DNA of 64,000 nt, from positions 853,853-917,852 of the forward strand of contig OZ240207.1 in NCBI GenBank assembly GCA_965197415.1. Reading direction: 5' to 3'. Origin of the DNA: Dehalococcoidia bacterium (GTDB lineage Bacteria > Chloroflexota > Dehalococcoidia > Lucifugimonadales > JAGWBF01). Below the pieces are notes generated by a model that saw only the letters and a program-made list of their open reading frames with translations, searched no databases and was not told the origin of the DNA. Each line of letters begins with the position of its first letter. The stretch's first letter is position 1. Both the position numbers and the translations under genes were made by a program. Shown here in pieces: positions 45,184 through 52,738 of this stretch.

Positions 45184-46497
45184 CTATAGGACGTCGTTAG
45201 CCATTAGGTCCGCGTAGCTCTCCCGCCGCCGCATCAACCTGGAGTCTCCGTCTTTGACTGCCACCACAGGGGGGCGAGGGTTCATGTTGTAAGTGGAGGC
45301 CATAGACAGACAGTAGGCGCCCGCCGCCGGGATGGCGATGATGTCGTCGGACTCCACCGTTGGGAGGCTCACGTCGCGGACCAGCACGTCGCCGGACTCG
45401 CAGTACTTCCCTGCGATAGTGACCAAGTCCGAGCCAGTCCGGTCGGCCTTCCCGGCGACAACGGCTTCATAGGCCGCGTCATAGAGGGCCGGGCGGATGT
45501 TGTCGCCCATGCCGCCGTCCACAGAGATGTACTTCCTGACTCCTGGAATATCCTTCACGGCGCCGACGCGGTACAGGGCTATCCCGGCCCGTCCGACTAT
45601 GGACCTCCCCGGCTCGATGATCAACCTAGGGACATCCATGCCCAGACGTTGACAGCCTTCCAGCATGGACGAGACTATTGCGTCGGCGTACTCGCCTATG
45701 GAAGGAGGCTCCTGGTCCCTGGTGTAGGCTATGGCAAAACCTCCGCCGGGGCTTATCTCCCGTAGATTCAGCCCCTCTTCCCGGAACCTGGAGGCAAACT
45801 CCAGGACAATGTCCATAGCCGCTTGATAGGGTTCCACGTGGAAGATGGGCGAGCCAAGGTGGAAGTGTAGGCCGACCAGATCCAGGTTGGGAGACTTCAA
45901 GGCAATGCGTACGGCCTCGTCGGCCTGTCCCGTTTCTATCGGAAATCCGAACTTGGAGTCCAGGGTGCCGGTGGTGGTGTGGTGGTGGGTGTGAGGGTCA
46001 ACCCCCGGAGACACCCTGACCATGATTTCCTGAACTTTCCCGGCCTCGCCGGCCAGCTTGTCGAGGAGTTCCAGCTCGTAGAAGCTGTCCACCACTATCC
46101 GCCCGATGCCCCAATCCAGGGCGTCCCGTAGTTCCGCCGGCCCTTTGTTGTTGCCGTGGAAATACACCAGCCGCGAAGGGTAGTCCACTGCCTGGGCCAC
46201 CGCCAGTTCACCTCCGGAGACAACGTCCAAGCCCAGCCCCTCTTCCATCAGGATGCGGGCAAGGGCCGGGTTCACGTAAGCCTTGCACGCGTAGACCACG
46301 GTGGTGTCGGCGTGCTTCGCCGTGAACCCTTCCACGAAGCCGCGGCACATGCTCCGCACCATGTCCTCGTCGAAGACGTAAAGGGGCGTGCCGTATTGGT
46401 CGGCCAGGTCCAGCGTGTCGCAGCCCCCGATAACCAGGTGGCCCTTATCGTTCACACCGGCTGACTCTGGGAATACCTGCTGCGCCCCGGTAAACAT
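45184..46497 (-). CDS. lysA: diaminopimelate decarboxylase
   Basis: VVYACKAY (PLP lysine), HFHLGS, SPGGGFAIAY, GKYCESGDVL. Start set at MFTGAQQ (46497), because the longer ORF (46551) would overlap the predicted promoter. Confidence 0.9.
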   Translation of the reverse strand: MFTGAQQVFPESAGVNDKGHLVIGGCDTLDLADQYGTPLYVFDEDMVRSMCRGFVEGFTAKHADTTVVYACKAYVNPALARILMEEGLGLDVVSGGELAVAQAVDYPSRLVYFHGNNKGPAELRDALDWGIGRIVVDSFYELELLDKLAGEAGKVQEIMVRVSPGVDPHTHHHTTTGTLDSKFGFPIETGQADEAVRIALKSPNLDLVGLHFHLGSPIFHVEPYQAAMDIVLEFASRFREEGLNLREISPGGGFAIAYTRDQEPPSIGEYADAIVSSMLEGCQRLGMDVPRLIIEPGRSIVGRAGIALYRVGAVKDIPGVRKYISVDGGMGDNIRPALYDAAYEAVVAGKADRTGSDLVTIAGKYCESGDVLVRDVSLPTVESDDIIAIPAAGAYCLSMASTYNMNPRPPVVAVKDGDSRLMRRRESYADLMANDVL

Positions 46498-46550
46498 GCG
46501 TCGGACTCTCTTTCGGCGCCGTGATAGGCGCCGTTCTGTTAGTGGGCACA

Positions 46551-46579
46551 ATCTTAGATTGGGGCCTCTGGGGTGTCAA
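46551..46579 (-). promoter_or_regulatory. putative lysA-holB promoter
   Basis: Minus strand TTGACA (46579-74), 17 nt spacer, TAAGAT (46556-51), about 50 nt upstream of the ATG at 46497. Confidence 0.4.
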
Positions 46580-46830
46580 GGAATGGCCAGCGCCGCGCAG
46601 CCCCGCAGGTAGGCCTACCAACACTCGCATCTGAACCCCGAATTTCCCGCCCCAGATGAGGCAAGAACAAAACTGAACTTGCCCGATGATACAATGGGAG
46701 TCGAACCCTTTCCGACCAATTCTTCCGCACCATCGAAGCGAAAACACAGAATCGTGGCCAATAGAATCCGTCTGGCCGTCATGGACGACCGCCTAGTGAC
46801 TCTATCCGACGCGAACAATTGAGATAGCTG

Positions 46831-47310
46831 ATGCCTGGACTGCTGCCAGATGAAACCAAGATACGGATCAGCCGGGAAATTCTGTCCGGCGATCCAGGCT
46901 ATAAGGCGTTTAGGGTAGGAGGGCATTGGAAAGGCGGGCAGGACGTGACGAAGAGGCACATGGGCCGGTTCGTCGAAATGGCCTATGTGCCTACGTCGCC
47001 GGAATGGGAGCCGCCGGCCTATCTGATGGACAAGTGGTGGAGGCTGGTGAATGAGGCCGGCAACACTGTGGGCCTCAAGGCTTACATTCCACCGCCTGAA
47101 CGGCGGCGGGTATACGAGGAACGCGACCCGGACGCGTGGTCCCGCATGCCGCACATCCCAGACCCTCCGATACGCTGGCCGTGGAGCCCCAGACCTCCAG
47201 CGAGCGCGTTGCTCAGGAGGGCCGACAACCCATCACGCAGGATGGGACTGTTGCGGCGGTTAATAGGCCCACTGAGGCGGCTCCAACGCTTCCACTTACG
47301 ACGCCGATAG
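46831..47310 (+). CDS. hypothetical protein, unknown conserved family (paralog of 38864..39388)
   Basis: 159 aa sharing the TKIRISREILSG.PGY, DVTKRHMGRFVE, YVPTSPEWEPPAYL and NTVGLKAYIPPPERRR blocks with 38864..39388. Arg-rich tail. Confidence 0.55.
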   Translation: MPGLLPDETKIRISREILSGDPGYKAFRVGGHWKGGQDVTKRHMGRFVEMAYVPTSPEWEPPAYLMDKWWRLVNEAGNTVGLKAYIPPPERRRVYEERDPDAWSRMPHIPDPPIRWPWSPRPPASALLRRADNPSRRMGLLRRLIGPLRRLQRFHLRRR

Positions 47311-47320
47311 AGGATAAGCC

Positions 47321-47710
47321 ATGCGGCTCTTGATCATGACGCTCCTGGCCTTGACCCTTCTGGCTTGCAGCCCGCCGCCCCCTCCCAGCCCAACGTCTCC
47401 GCCGCCTATGAGCGAGCGGCAGAGGGCGACCGCCGGAGCGACGCAGGAGTTTGAATACGGCAATCTATTCGTCTCCAGACTCCTCGAAACCATTTATCTG
47501 TATCATCGGCAGTGCAGCCGCGTCAGAGACCTGAAAGACGATGTGATAAACACATATGAGAATGCGATAGCGGAGCTGGCGACGTTGGTCGACCCATCCT
47601 GGAACAGAGAGTATGTGGCCAAGGGATACGAGGAGCGGCTAAGGGTGCAGGCCGTCATTGACATTGCAGACGACGCCATCAAGATGATGTATGACCGGTG
47701 CCTGCCTTAG
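47321..47710 (+). CDS. hypothetical lipoprotein
   Basis: MRLLIMTLLALTLLAC lipobox, a poly-Pro linker, then a helical domain. 10-nt gap after the previous gene. Confidence 0.5.
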   Translation: MRLLIMTLLALTLLACSPPPPPSPTSPPPMSERQRATAGATQEFEYGNLFVSRLLETIYLYHRQCSRVRDLKDDVINTYENAIAELATLVDPSWNREYVAKGYEERLRVQAVIDIADDAIKMMYDRCLP

Positions 47711-47787
47711 CACGATGGCGGACAATGAGCACGCGGCGCAAAATTTACGCAGCGGCCATGATTGCGGTGGCCGCCGTCAGTAGGTGA

Positions 47788-48009
47788 ATGATGCAGAGAC
47801 TTAATGCCAACTTCCTGCTTTGGTTCGGGCTTATGGCGTGGGCGTTCGGCTCCATGCTGCGGTACATTGGATGGGTAACCGACTGGAATCCCCTGACTGA
47901 CCCATCAACCCTTTTGTTTACCGTCGCCAGCTACAGCAGCCTCGTCGGCGCGGGTTTCCTTTTCGCAGGCGCCGCGATCAAAGCCATTGCGAGCTTGAAT
48001 TCCGATTAG
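47788..48009 (+). CDS. hypothetical small membrane protein (2 TM)
   Basis: 73 aa with two hydrophobic segments. Preceded in the same frame by a 20-codon ORF ending in TGA. Confidence 0.4.
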   Translation: MMQRLNANFLLWFGLMAWAFGSMLRYIGWVTDWNPLTDPSTLLFTVASYSSLVGAGFLFAGAAIKAIASLNSD

Positions 48010-48207
48010 CCTCTTGCACCATTGCGGCGATCTGAGACATGGCCGGATGATCTATCCAGCCGTGACTTTGCAGCAAGGTCAGGACTCAGTGTTCAAGTGC
48101 TTGGATGCGTTCCAGCAGTTCATCGTTGGTCATTGGTTCCGCCGTTCCCCACTAGACTGGGCCGCCCGGTTCTTGACCTCCAAATTTCGCGGCGCAGATA
48201 CAAAAAG

Positions 48208-48237
48208 TTGACAATCGAATTTCGGATGTGCTACAAT
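48208..48237 (+). promoter_or_regulatory. strong sigma70-type promoter (copy 1)
   Basis: TTGACA (48208-13), 18 nt spacer, TACAAT (48232-37). Confidence 0.5.
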
Positions 48238-48337
48238 CTTCGGCACGGTCCAATGAGCTGAGTTGGAAGCCCCTCCGGGGGCGCCCGCGAGGTTCGTTGG
48301 GCCGTTCTCTTTCTCCCAACCATTCATCGCGCGGCAG
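48238..48337 (+). promoter_or_regulatory. conserved 100-nt 5' leader (copy 1), candidate cis-regulatory RNA
   Basis: The first 75 nt or so are near-identical to copy 2, while the promoter spacer and the SD-proximal part diverge. The CCCC-loop-GGGG hairpin keeps its stem with a different loop. Confidence 0.3.
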
Positions 48338-48622
48338 ATGGGATTGTTCGACGTTACGGAGTCGGCAACCTCCAGACTAAACGCCTTTCCCCCTATCACG
48401 GCTCTTATCGCACCCTCGGGGGTACGGAAGTGGGAGTGGGCGACGGTGAACGAGAGGATAGAGAGAGCCCTCGACCTGTACGAGAATTACTGTAGCCACA
48501 CCGACGAAGAAACTCGGACCATGATAGACGCCAAGGATGGTCCGGCGATGGCGAATCCGGCAGAGCTGGACGGTCTGCGCCGAGCTGGATATGCTGAAAT
48601 AATGACGCCCCATTCTGACTAG
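48338..48622 (+). CDS. chimeric hypothetical ORF (MGLFDVTESA + unrelated sequence)
   Basis: The first 10 codons are identical in amino acid sequence to 49149..49439. Codons 11 to about 37 are antisense-derived from a DUF192 gene fragment. The tail is unique (NERIERALDLYENYCSHTDEE..). Confidence 0.35.
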   Translation: MGLFDVTESATSRLNAFPPITALIAPSGVRKWEWATVNERIERALDLYENYCSHTDEETRTMIDAKDGPAMANPAELDGLRRAGYAEIMTPHSD

Positions 48623-48849
48623 TCGGTGGCTTCTGGCTCCGCGCCGTTGTGTCCCCAGCGGGCTTCCATCATGGACTTCATGCTAGCCATGTCGGACTTC
48701 ATGGACTTCAGAACGTCAACTGTGTCCTTTTGCGCCGCCAGGATCGCTTGCCACGTCTGACTGGTATCCTGCATCCACTTCGTAAAGTCTCCCCGCGAAC
48801 CTTCGACATCCGGTTCGAGTCTCTCGACGCGTTCCTCCAGCGTTGCCAT
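48619..48849 (-). CDS. hypothetical small coiled-coil protein
   Basis: 76 aa, MATLEERVERLE.., with a Met/Ser/Lys-rich repeat (KSMKSDMASMKSMM). AGGGGGAAG SD. Confidence 0.45.
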   Translation of the reverse strand: MATLEERVERLEPDVEGSRGDFTKWMQDTSQTWQAILAAQKDTVDVLKSMKSDMASMKSMMEARWGHNGAEPEATD

Positions 48850-49018
48850 GCTTCCCCCTAGCCGGTCGTGGACGCCCCTTTGGTTGTTATAAAAGACTAT
48901 ATCGACCTTACAATTGTCAAGTCGAACCGTCAGCCGGGCACGGCCGATCTCTCACGCCTGACGAGGTGCACATTTGGCGTAAACTCGATTTTGCATTTCC
49001 CGGCCCAGATACAAAAAG

Positions 49019-49048
49019 TTGACAACCCGTTTTCGGATATGCTATAAT
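49019..49048 (+). promoter_or_regulatory. consensus sigma70 promoter (copy 2)
   Basis: TTGACA (49019-24), 18 nt spacer, TATAAT (49043-48). Confidence 0.5.
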
Positions 49049-49148
49049 CTTCGGCACGGTCCAATGAGCTGAGTTGGAAACCCCGTCAGGGGCGCCCCGC
49101 GAGGTTCGTTGGGCCGTCTGCTTTTTCCAAACATTCACCACCCGGCGG
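49049..49148 (+). promoter_or_regulatory. conserved 100-nt 5' leader (copy 2), candidate cis-regulatory RNA
   Basis: Long-range pairing ACGGUCCAA/UUGGGCCGU (with one G-U pair) encloses CCCC-GUCA-GGGG and a competing GGGGCGCCCC palindrome. A U-rich tract follows. Confidence 0.3.
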
Positions 49149-49439
49149 ATGGGATTGTTCGACGTTACGGAGTCCGCAAAAGAAGAATTGCACCGCATCC
49201 TGGAAATCAGGGACCTGGAAGCGGGCAAATTCCTGCGTCTGGCCACCCCTCCTATGTGGGTGGGCGACGGCGATTTCGGGATAGTGATCGATGAGAAGGG
49301 CTCCCATGACCAGATAGTTGTACACATGGATACTCTCGTGCTTCTGGTGGACCTGGAACTAAACGCCCATCTGAGCGAATCGCTGCTCGACTTCGTCCAT
49401 TCCCCCGAGGGACCCAGGTTCACCTTGGACGTCCACTAG
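49149..49439 (+). CDS. HesB/IscA-like fold protein lacking the Fe-S ligand cysteines
   Basis: MGLFDVTESAKEELHRIL...GKFLRLATPP...FGIVIDEKGSHDQIVVH.DTLVLLVDLEL...LDFVHSPEGPRFTLD follows the HesB/IscA block order, but the sequence contains no Cys. Confidence 0.5.
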   Translation: MGLFDVTESAKEELHRILEIRDLEAGKFLRLATPPMWVGDGDFGIVIDEKGSHDQIVVHMDTLVLLVDLELNAHLSESLLDFVHSPEGPRFTLDVH

Positions 49440-49441
49440 GC

Positions 49442-50221
49442 TCACTCCAGCCTGGCGTCCATCCCTGGCGTGATGCCGCACTCCTCAGCTAAGCCTCCGG
49501 CTATCTCCAGGACGTACTTCACCGGCTCCCCCGATCTGTAACGAACGAGCTCGTCGGGGGACGCTCCAGGCTGCGCTTTCATGGCGTGAACAGTGACCAC
49601 TCTCAGTTCCTCGTCTATGAAGACGGCATCCAGATCGAAAGGCACGTCCTTCATCCACATCGTCACCGGACGTTCCTCGGGCCATACGAAAAGCATGGCG
49701 TTTCCCTCTTCCAGACCGTCCCGCCCGCCCAGACCAAGCTGCCTTTCGTCGGGAGAGTCCGCAACCTCCAGGCTAAACGCCTTCCCTCCTATCACCGCCC
49801 TTACCGCAACCTCCGGGGGCACGGAAGTGGCAGTGGGTGCGGGTGTAGGGGTGAGCGTCGGATCGGGAACAGCCGTGGGAGTGGCTGTTGGATCCGGTGC
49901 AGGCGTGGCGGTAGGGGTGAAAGTGGGTGTAGCAGTAGGCGTCTGAGTCGGAGCAGCCAAAGGGGAGGGTGTGGCCGTAGGGATAGGCGTAGCCGTGGGT
50001 GTAACCACCGGCGCAGAAGTGGCCGTCGGTCTGGGTGTCAGCGTCGCGGTTCGATCAGGTAGTGGCGTGGCTGTAGGAGTAGTCGTGGCGGTCGGTGTAG
50101 GCTCCGAGCCGCAAGACGACATCGCCGCAATCAGAAGCGCCACTGCCACCACCGCAACGACCCTTCCCGTTGCCGACAAGGCTATCTTGCACACGGTGCT
50201 ACAAAACGAGGTTCTTACCAA
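49442..50221 (-). CDS. DUF192 domain lipoprotein with about 100-aa Thr/Pro linker
   Basis: Signal + lipobox (AAMSSC), a long TPTATP-type linker, and a C-terminal DUF192 pattern ([21 protein letters not shown]....MLFVW.....[18 protein letters not shown]). Confidence 0.75.
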   Translation of the reverse strand: MVRTSFCSTVCKIALSATGRVVAVVAVALLIAAMSSCGSEPTPTATTTPTATPLPDRTATLTPRPTATSAPVVTPTATPIPTATPSPLAAPTQTPTATPTFTPTATPAPDPTATPTAVPDPTLTPTPAPTATSVPPEVAVRAVIGGKAFSLEVADSPDERQLGLGGRDGLEEGNAMLFVWPEERPVTMWMKDVPFDLDAVFIDEELRVVTVHAMKAQPGASPDELVRYRSGEPVKYVLEIAGGLAEECGITPGMDARLE

Positions 50222-50267
50222 TGCTTGGATACCTGGATGAGAAATACGTGAAAGGTTGGCGCTAGGT

Positions 50268-50684
50268 CTAAGCAGCCGTACTAAAGCCTGCGCCCTCTAT
50301 GCCCGCCCTCACCGCGTCCTCGTCCTGCTGTCCGCTCCCCCCGCTGCCCCCGGCGGCGCCAATCAGTTCCCCGTTCCGAAACACAGGCAAAGCCCCTTGG
50401 CCCGGAATCATGTGGCCGCCCTGCATGGCCATGAAGCCCTGCATGAAGGGCATGCTGAACCGCTCTTCCAGGTCTTTTGACGACATCCCGAAGCAGGACG
50501 CAGCCACCGCCTTGCCCCGGGAGATCAACGGAGTCCTCCACGAAGCCCCGTCGGTGCGAAACATGGCGATGAGGTCTCCCCGCGGGTCCACCACCGACAC
50601 GGAGAGCTTCACTCCCATCTCCTGGACCTTTGCCTTGGCCGCCGCCAGAATCCTTTCGGCTTCTTCCAGGTTAAGCGATGGCAT
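50268..50684 (-). CDS. GlcG/HbpS-like heme-binding protein (DUF336)
   Basis: [21 protein letters not shown]...[10 protein letters not shown]....[18 protein letters not shown]...[10 protein letters not shown] is the GlcG pattern. Start at MPSLNLEE with a GGAGG SD. Confidence 0.8.
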   Translation of the reverse strand: MPSLNLEEAERILAAAKAKVQEMGVKLSVSVVDPRGDLIAMFRTDGASWRTPLISRGKAVAASCFGMSSKDLEERFSMPFMQGFMAMQGGHMIPGQGALPVFRNGELIGAAGGSGGSGQQDEDAVRAGIEGAGFSTAA

Positions 50685-50831
50685 ACTGCAACCTCCCGTT
50701 TCAGGAATTTCCGGCCCTGACATTATAGGCCACATCATAGACCACCCGGCCTGTGGAAGCTCCTGTTGCAGCCCAATGTGTTAGGATAACTCGGAAACCC
50801 AAAGAAAACCCAATCCGTGCAGGAGGCAGGA

Positions 50832-51776
50832 ATGAAGTTCGGGTTCTACCTCTCCAACACTGGACCCAACGCCACCCCCGACAATCTAATCGCCGTGGCC
50901 CAGAAGGGCGAGGAGCTTGGATTCGATTGCGCGGTGGTGGGAGACCATATCATCATCCCCAAGACCATCGAGTCTCCCTACCCTTACACGGTAAACGGGG
51001 AATTCCCCGGAGGAGAGGGAGGAGACTACCTTGAGCAACTCACCCTCCTGACCTTCCTGGCCGGCGCCACCACCAAGCTCCGGCTGGTGCCCAGCGTGAT
51101 GATACTTCCCAACCGGCATCCGGTCATCGTGGCCAAGGTGTTGTCAACGTTGGACTACCTGTCAAAAGGCAGGCTGACCCTGGGAATCGGCGTGGGTTGG
51201 ATGAGAGAGGAGTTTGAAGCGCTTGACCTGCCGCCCTTCGAGGAGCGCGGCGCCGTCAGCGACGAGTATCTTAAGGCCATCATCGAGCTGTGGACGTCCG
51301 ATGAGCCAGAGTTCCACGGGAAGTACGTGGACTTTTCCGGCTTCACTTTCTTGCCCAAGCCAGTGCAGAAGCCCCATCCGCCGATATGGGTGGGCGGCCA
51401 GAGCCGTGCGGCCATCCGCAGAGCCGCCCGCTTGGGCGACGGCTGGCACCCCCTCGGCGCCCAGCCCGTCGCTCCCCTGGAACCGGAAGAGGTGGTCCAA
51501 GACCTCCAAGTGCTGGCCCAGTACGCCGAAGCGGCCGGGCGTGACCCGGAGGAAATCGAGCTTTCGCTTAAAGCGCCTCTGTACGATTCGGCATTGCCCA
51601 TGGAGGACGGCAAGCGGCGCAGGTTCACCGGACGCGCTGACGACATCATCGGCGACGTCCAGGCCTACAAAGAGGCCGGGGCCAAGCACCTGATTTTCGA
51701 CGCCCGAGGCCAGGACATGCCGGCCACACTGGAACGGTTGGACTGGCTAGCCAAGGACATCATCCCGAAAGTTTAG
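50832..51776 (+). CDS. LLM-class (luciferase-like) F420/flavin-dependent oxidoreductase
   Basis: MKFGFYL start with an AGGAGG SD. GFDCAVVGDHII, LSKGRLTLGIGVGW and HPPIWVGGQS blocks are typical of LLM/F420-dependent oxidoreductases. Confidence 0.85.
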   Translation: MKFGFYLSNTGPNATPDNLIAVAQKGEELGFDCAVVGDHIIIPKTIESPYPYTVNGEFPGGEGGDYLEQLTLLTFLAGATTKLRLVPSVMILPNRHPVIVAKVLSTLDYLSKGRLTLGIGVGWMREEFEALDLPPFEERGAVSDEYLKAIIELWTSDEPEFHGKYVDFSGFTFLPKPVQKPHPPIWVGGQSRAAIRRAARLGDGWHPLGAQPVAPLEPEEVVQDLQVLAQYAEAAGRDPEEIELSLKAPLYDSALPMEDGKRRRFTGRADDIIGDVQAYKEAGAKHLIFDARGQDMPATLERLDWLAKDIIPKV

Positions 51777-51807
51777 CCTGGGACTTCATCATACACAGGA
51801 GGGAGCC

Positions 51808-52614
51808 ATGAGATTCAAGCTGCAGGACGGCATGGAACTCTTCTACACAATTGACGACTTCACCGACCCCTGGACGGAACCGGAGACAGTCATACTCCAC
51901 CACGGCATGGCCAAGAGCCACCGCATGTGGTTCGGATGGACGCCCATACTAGCCCGCCACTACAGAGTGGTCAGGATGGACATGAGGGGCATGGGAGACT
52001 CGGAAAGAGTGAAGCCGGGCTTCAAATGGTCCCTTGACAGCTACGCCGACGACATCCTTCAGCTTGCCGACGGCTTGGGTCTGGACAAGTTCCACCTGGT
52101 GGGTGAGACCGTCGGAGGAACCATTGCAATGCGATTCACGACCCTTCATCAGGAACGTCTGCTGAGCCTGACGACCTGCACGTCCCCCACCAACTTCGCC
52201 AATCCCCAGAGCAATGTGATCGCCGCCGAGCTGATCGAGCGGGAAGGCATACGCGCCTGGGTCGAGGACACTATTTCCAGGAGGATGGACCCTCTAATCG
52301 TGGACCCAGCTTATACGCGGTGGTACATAGACCAGATGGCCTCCACGGACCCAGCGGTGGTAATGGCCTTCGAGGGTTCGGCCGACGCGATGCCCGACCT
52401 GCGACCCCTTCTCAAGGACGTCCAAGTTCCGGTCCTGATTATGGCGGCTGAAAACCTGGAGGGCGAGTTCCTTGGGGACTTCCGGCAAGCCTCCGACATA
52501 TTCCCCAACGGTCGCCGGGTAGTCTTCCCGGGAGTACGGGGATTCGTCCAACACATACTGCCGGCGCCTTGCGCCCGGACGTGGCTTGCCTTTGCCCGCA
52601 GCCTGAGCGGTTAG
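51808..52614 (+). CDS. alpha/beta hydrolase fold protein with atypical nucleophile elbow (G-E-T-V-G)
   Basis: HHGMAKSHRMW, RVVRMDMRGMGDS, HLVGETVGGTIAMRF. Thr (codon 52108-52110) occupies the position usually held by Ser. Confidence 0.7.
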   Translation: MRFKLQDGMELFYTIDDFTDPWTEPETVILHHGMAKSHRMWFGWTPILARHYRVVRMDMRGMGDSERVKPGFKWSLDSYADDILQLADGLGLDKFHLVGETVGGTIAMRFTTLHQERLLSLTTCTSPTNFANPQSNVIAAELIEREGIRAWVEDTISRRMDPLIVDPAYTRWYIDQMASTDPAVVMAFEGSADAMPDLRPLLKDVQVPVLIMAAENLEGEFLGDFRQASDIFPNGRRVVFPGVRGFVQHILPAPCARTWLAFARSLSG

Positions 52615-52738
52615 CGTGTCCGCGGGGTCTTATTGGTAAAACCGCCGCTGCGGTTACGCCGAAATCCGCCTTCCGTTCCCTTTCTCCACCCACAGGCCAG
52701 TTTGGTAGAATCGGCCCAATAAGTGTTGAGAGGGGTGG

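Larger units (their letters stand above)
48196..48448 (+). repeat. segmental duplicate, copy 1 (promoter + leader + 10 codons fused to antisense DUF192 fragment)
   Basis: 48196-48368 aligns with 49006-49179. 48369-48448 aligns with 49765-49845. The 585 bp between those blocks in copy 2 are absent here. Confidence 0.85.
49006..49179 (+). repeat. segmental duplicate, copy 2, block 1 (block 2 is 49765-49845)
   Basis: Aligns with 48196-48368. The 10-bp direct repeat GAGTCCGCAA at 49170-79 and 49755-64 brackets the segment missing from copy 1. Confidence 0.85.

Noticed and set aside
46696-46708. gggagtcgaaccc, the reverse complement of a canonical tRNA T-arm (GGGTTCGACTCCC). This suggested a minus-strand tRNA or an integration att remnant near the second copy of the duplicated family.
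   Set aside because: Reading outward, I could build no matching acceptor stem (5' partner for TGTATCA), D-arm or anticodon arm, and no second copy of the segment was found in the window. At most it is a decayed fragment. tRNAscan-SE or ARAGORN on 46600-46800 would settle it.
46615-47154. 179-aa minus-strand ORF.
   Set aside because: It is antisense to the conserved paralog 46831..47310 and runs across the lysA upstream region. Its composition is Arg/Pro-rich.
49049-49148. Assigning the conserved leader to a known riboswitch class (ZTP, guanidine I-III, fluoride, c-di-GMP, NAD+-I, SAM variants, preQ1).
   Set aside because: None of the class-defining consensus strings I remember are present. 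The AACCCCGUCAGGGG segment only superficially resembles the nadA motif, and the gene context differs. It needs cmscan.
48917-49423. Minus-strand ORFs 48917..49423 and 48130..48399, and plus ORF 48022..48261, overlapping the duplicated promoter and leader.
   Set aside because: They read through promoter and leader sequence or antisense to the HesB-like gene. 48130..48399 only retains a 13-aa DUF192 remnant ([13 protein letters not shown]) created by the rearrangement.
49790-50110. Repetitive DNA that could be mistaken for a CRISPR-like or satellite array.
   Set aside because: It is the in-frame Thr/Pro-rich linker of the DUF192 lipoprotein. There is no fixed repeat/spacer periodicity and no cas genes. 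No CRISPR array was seen anywhere in the window.
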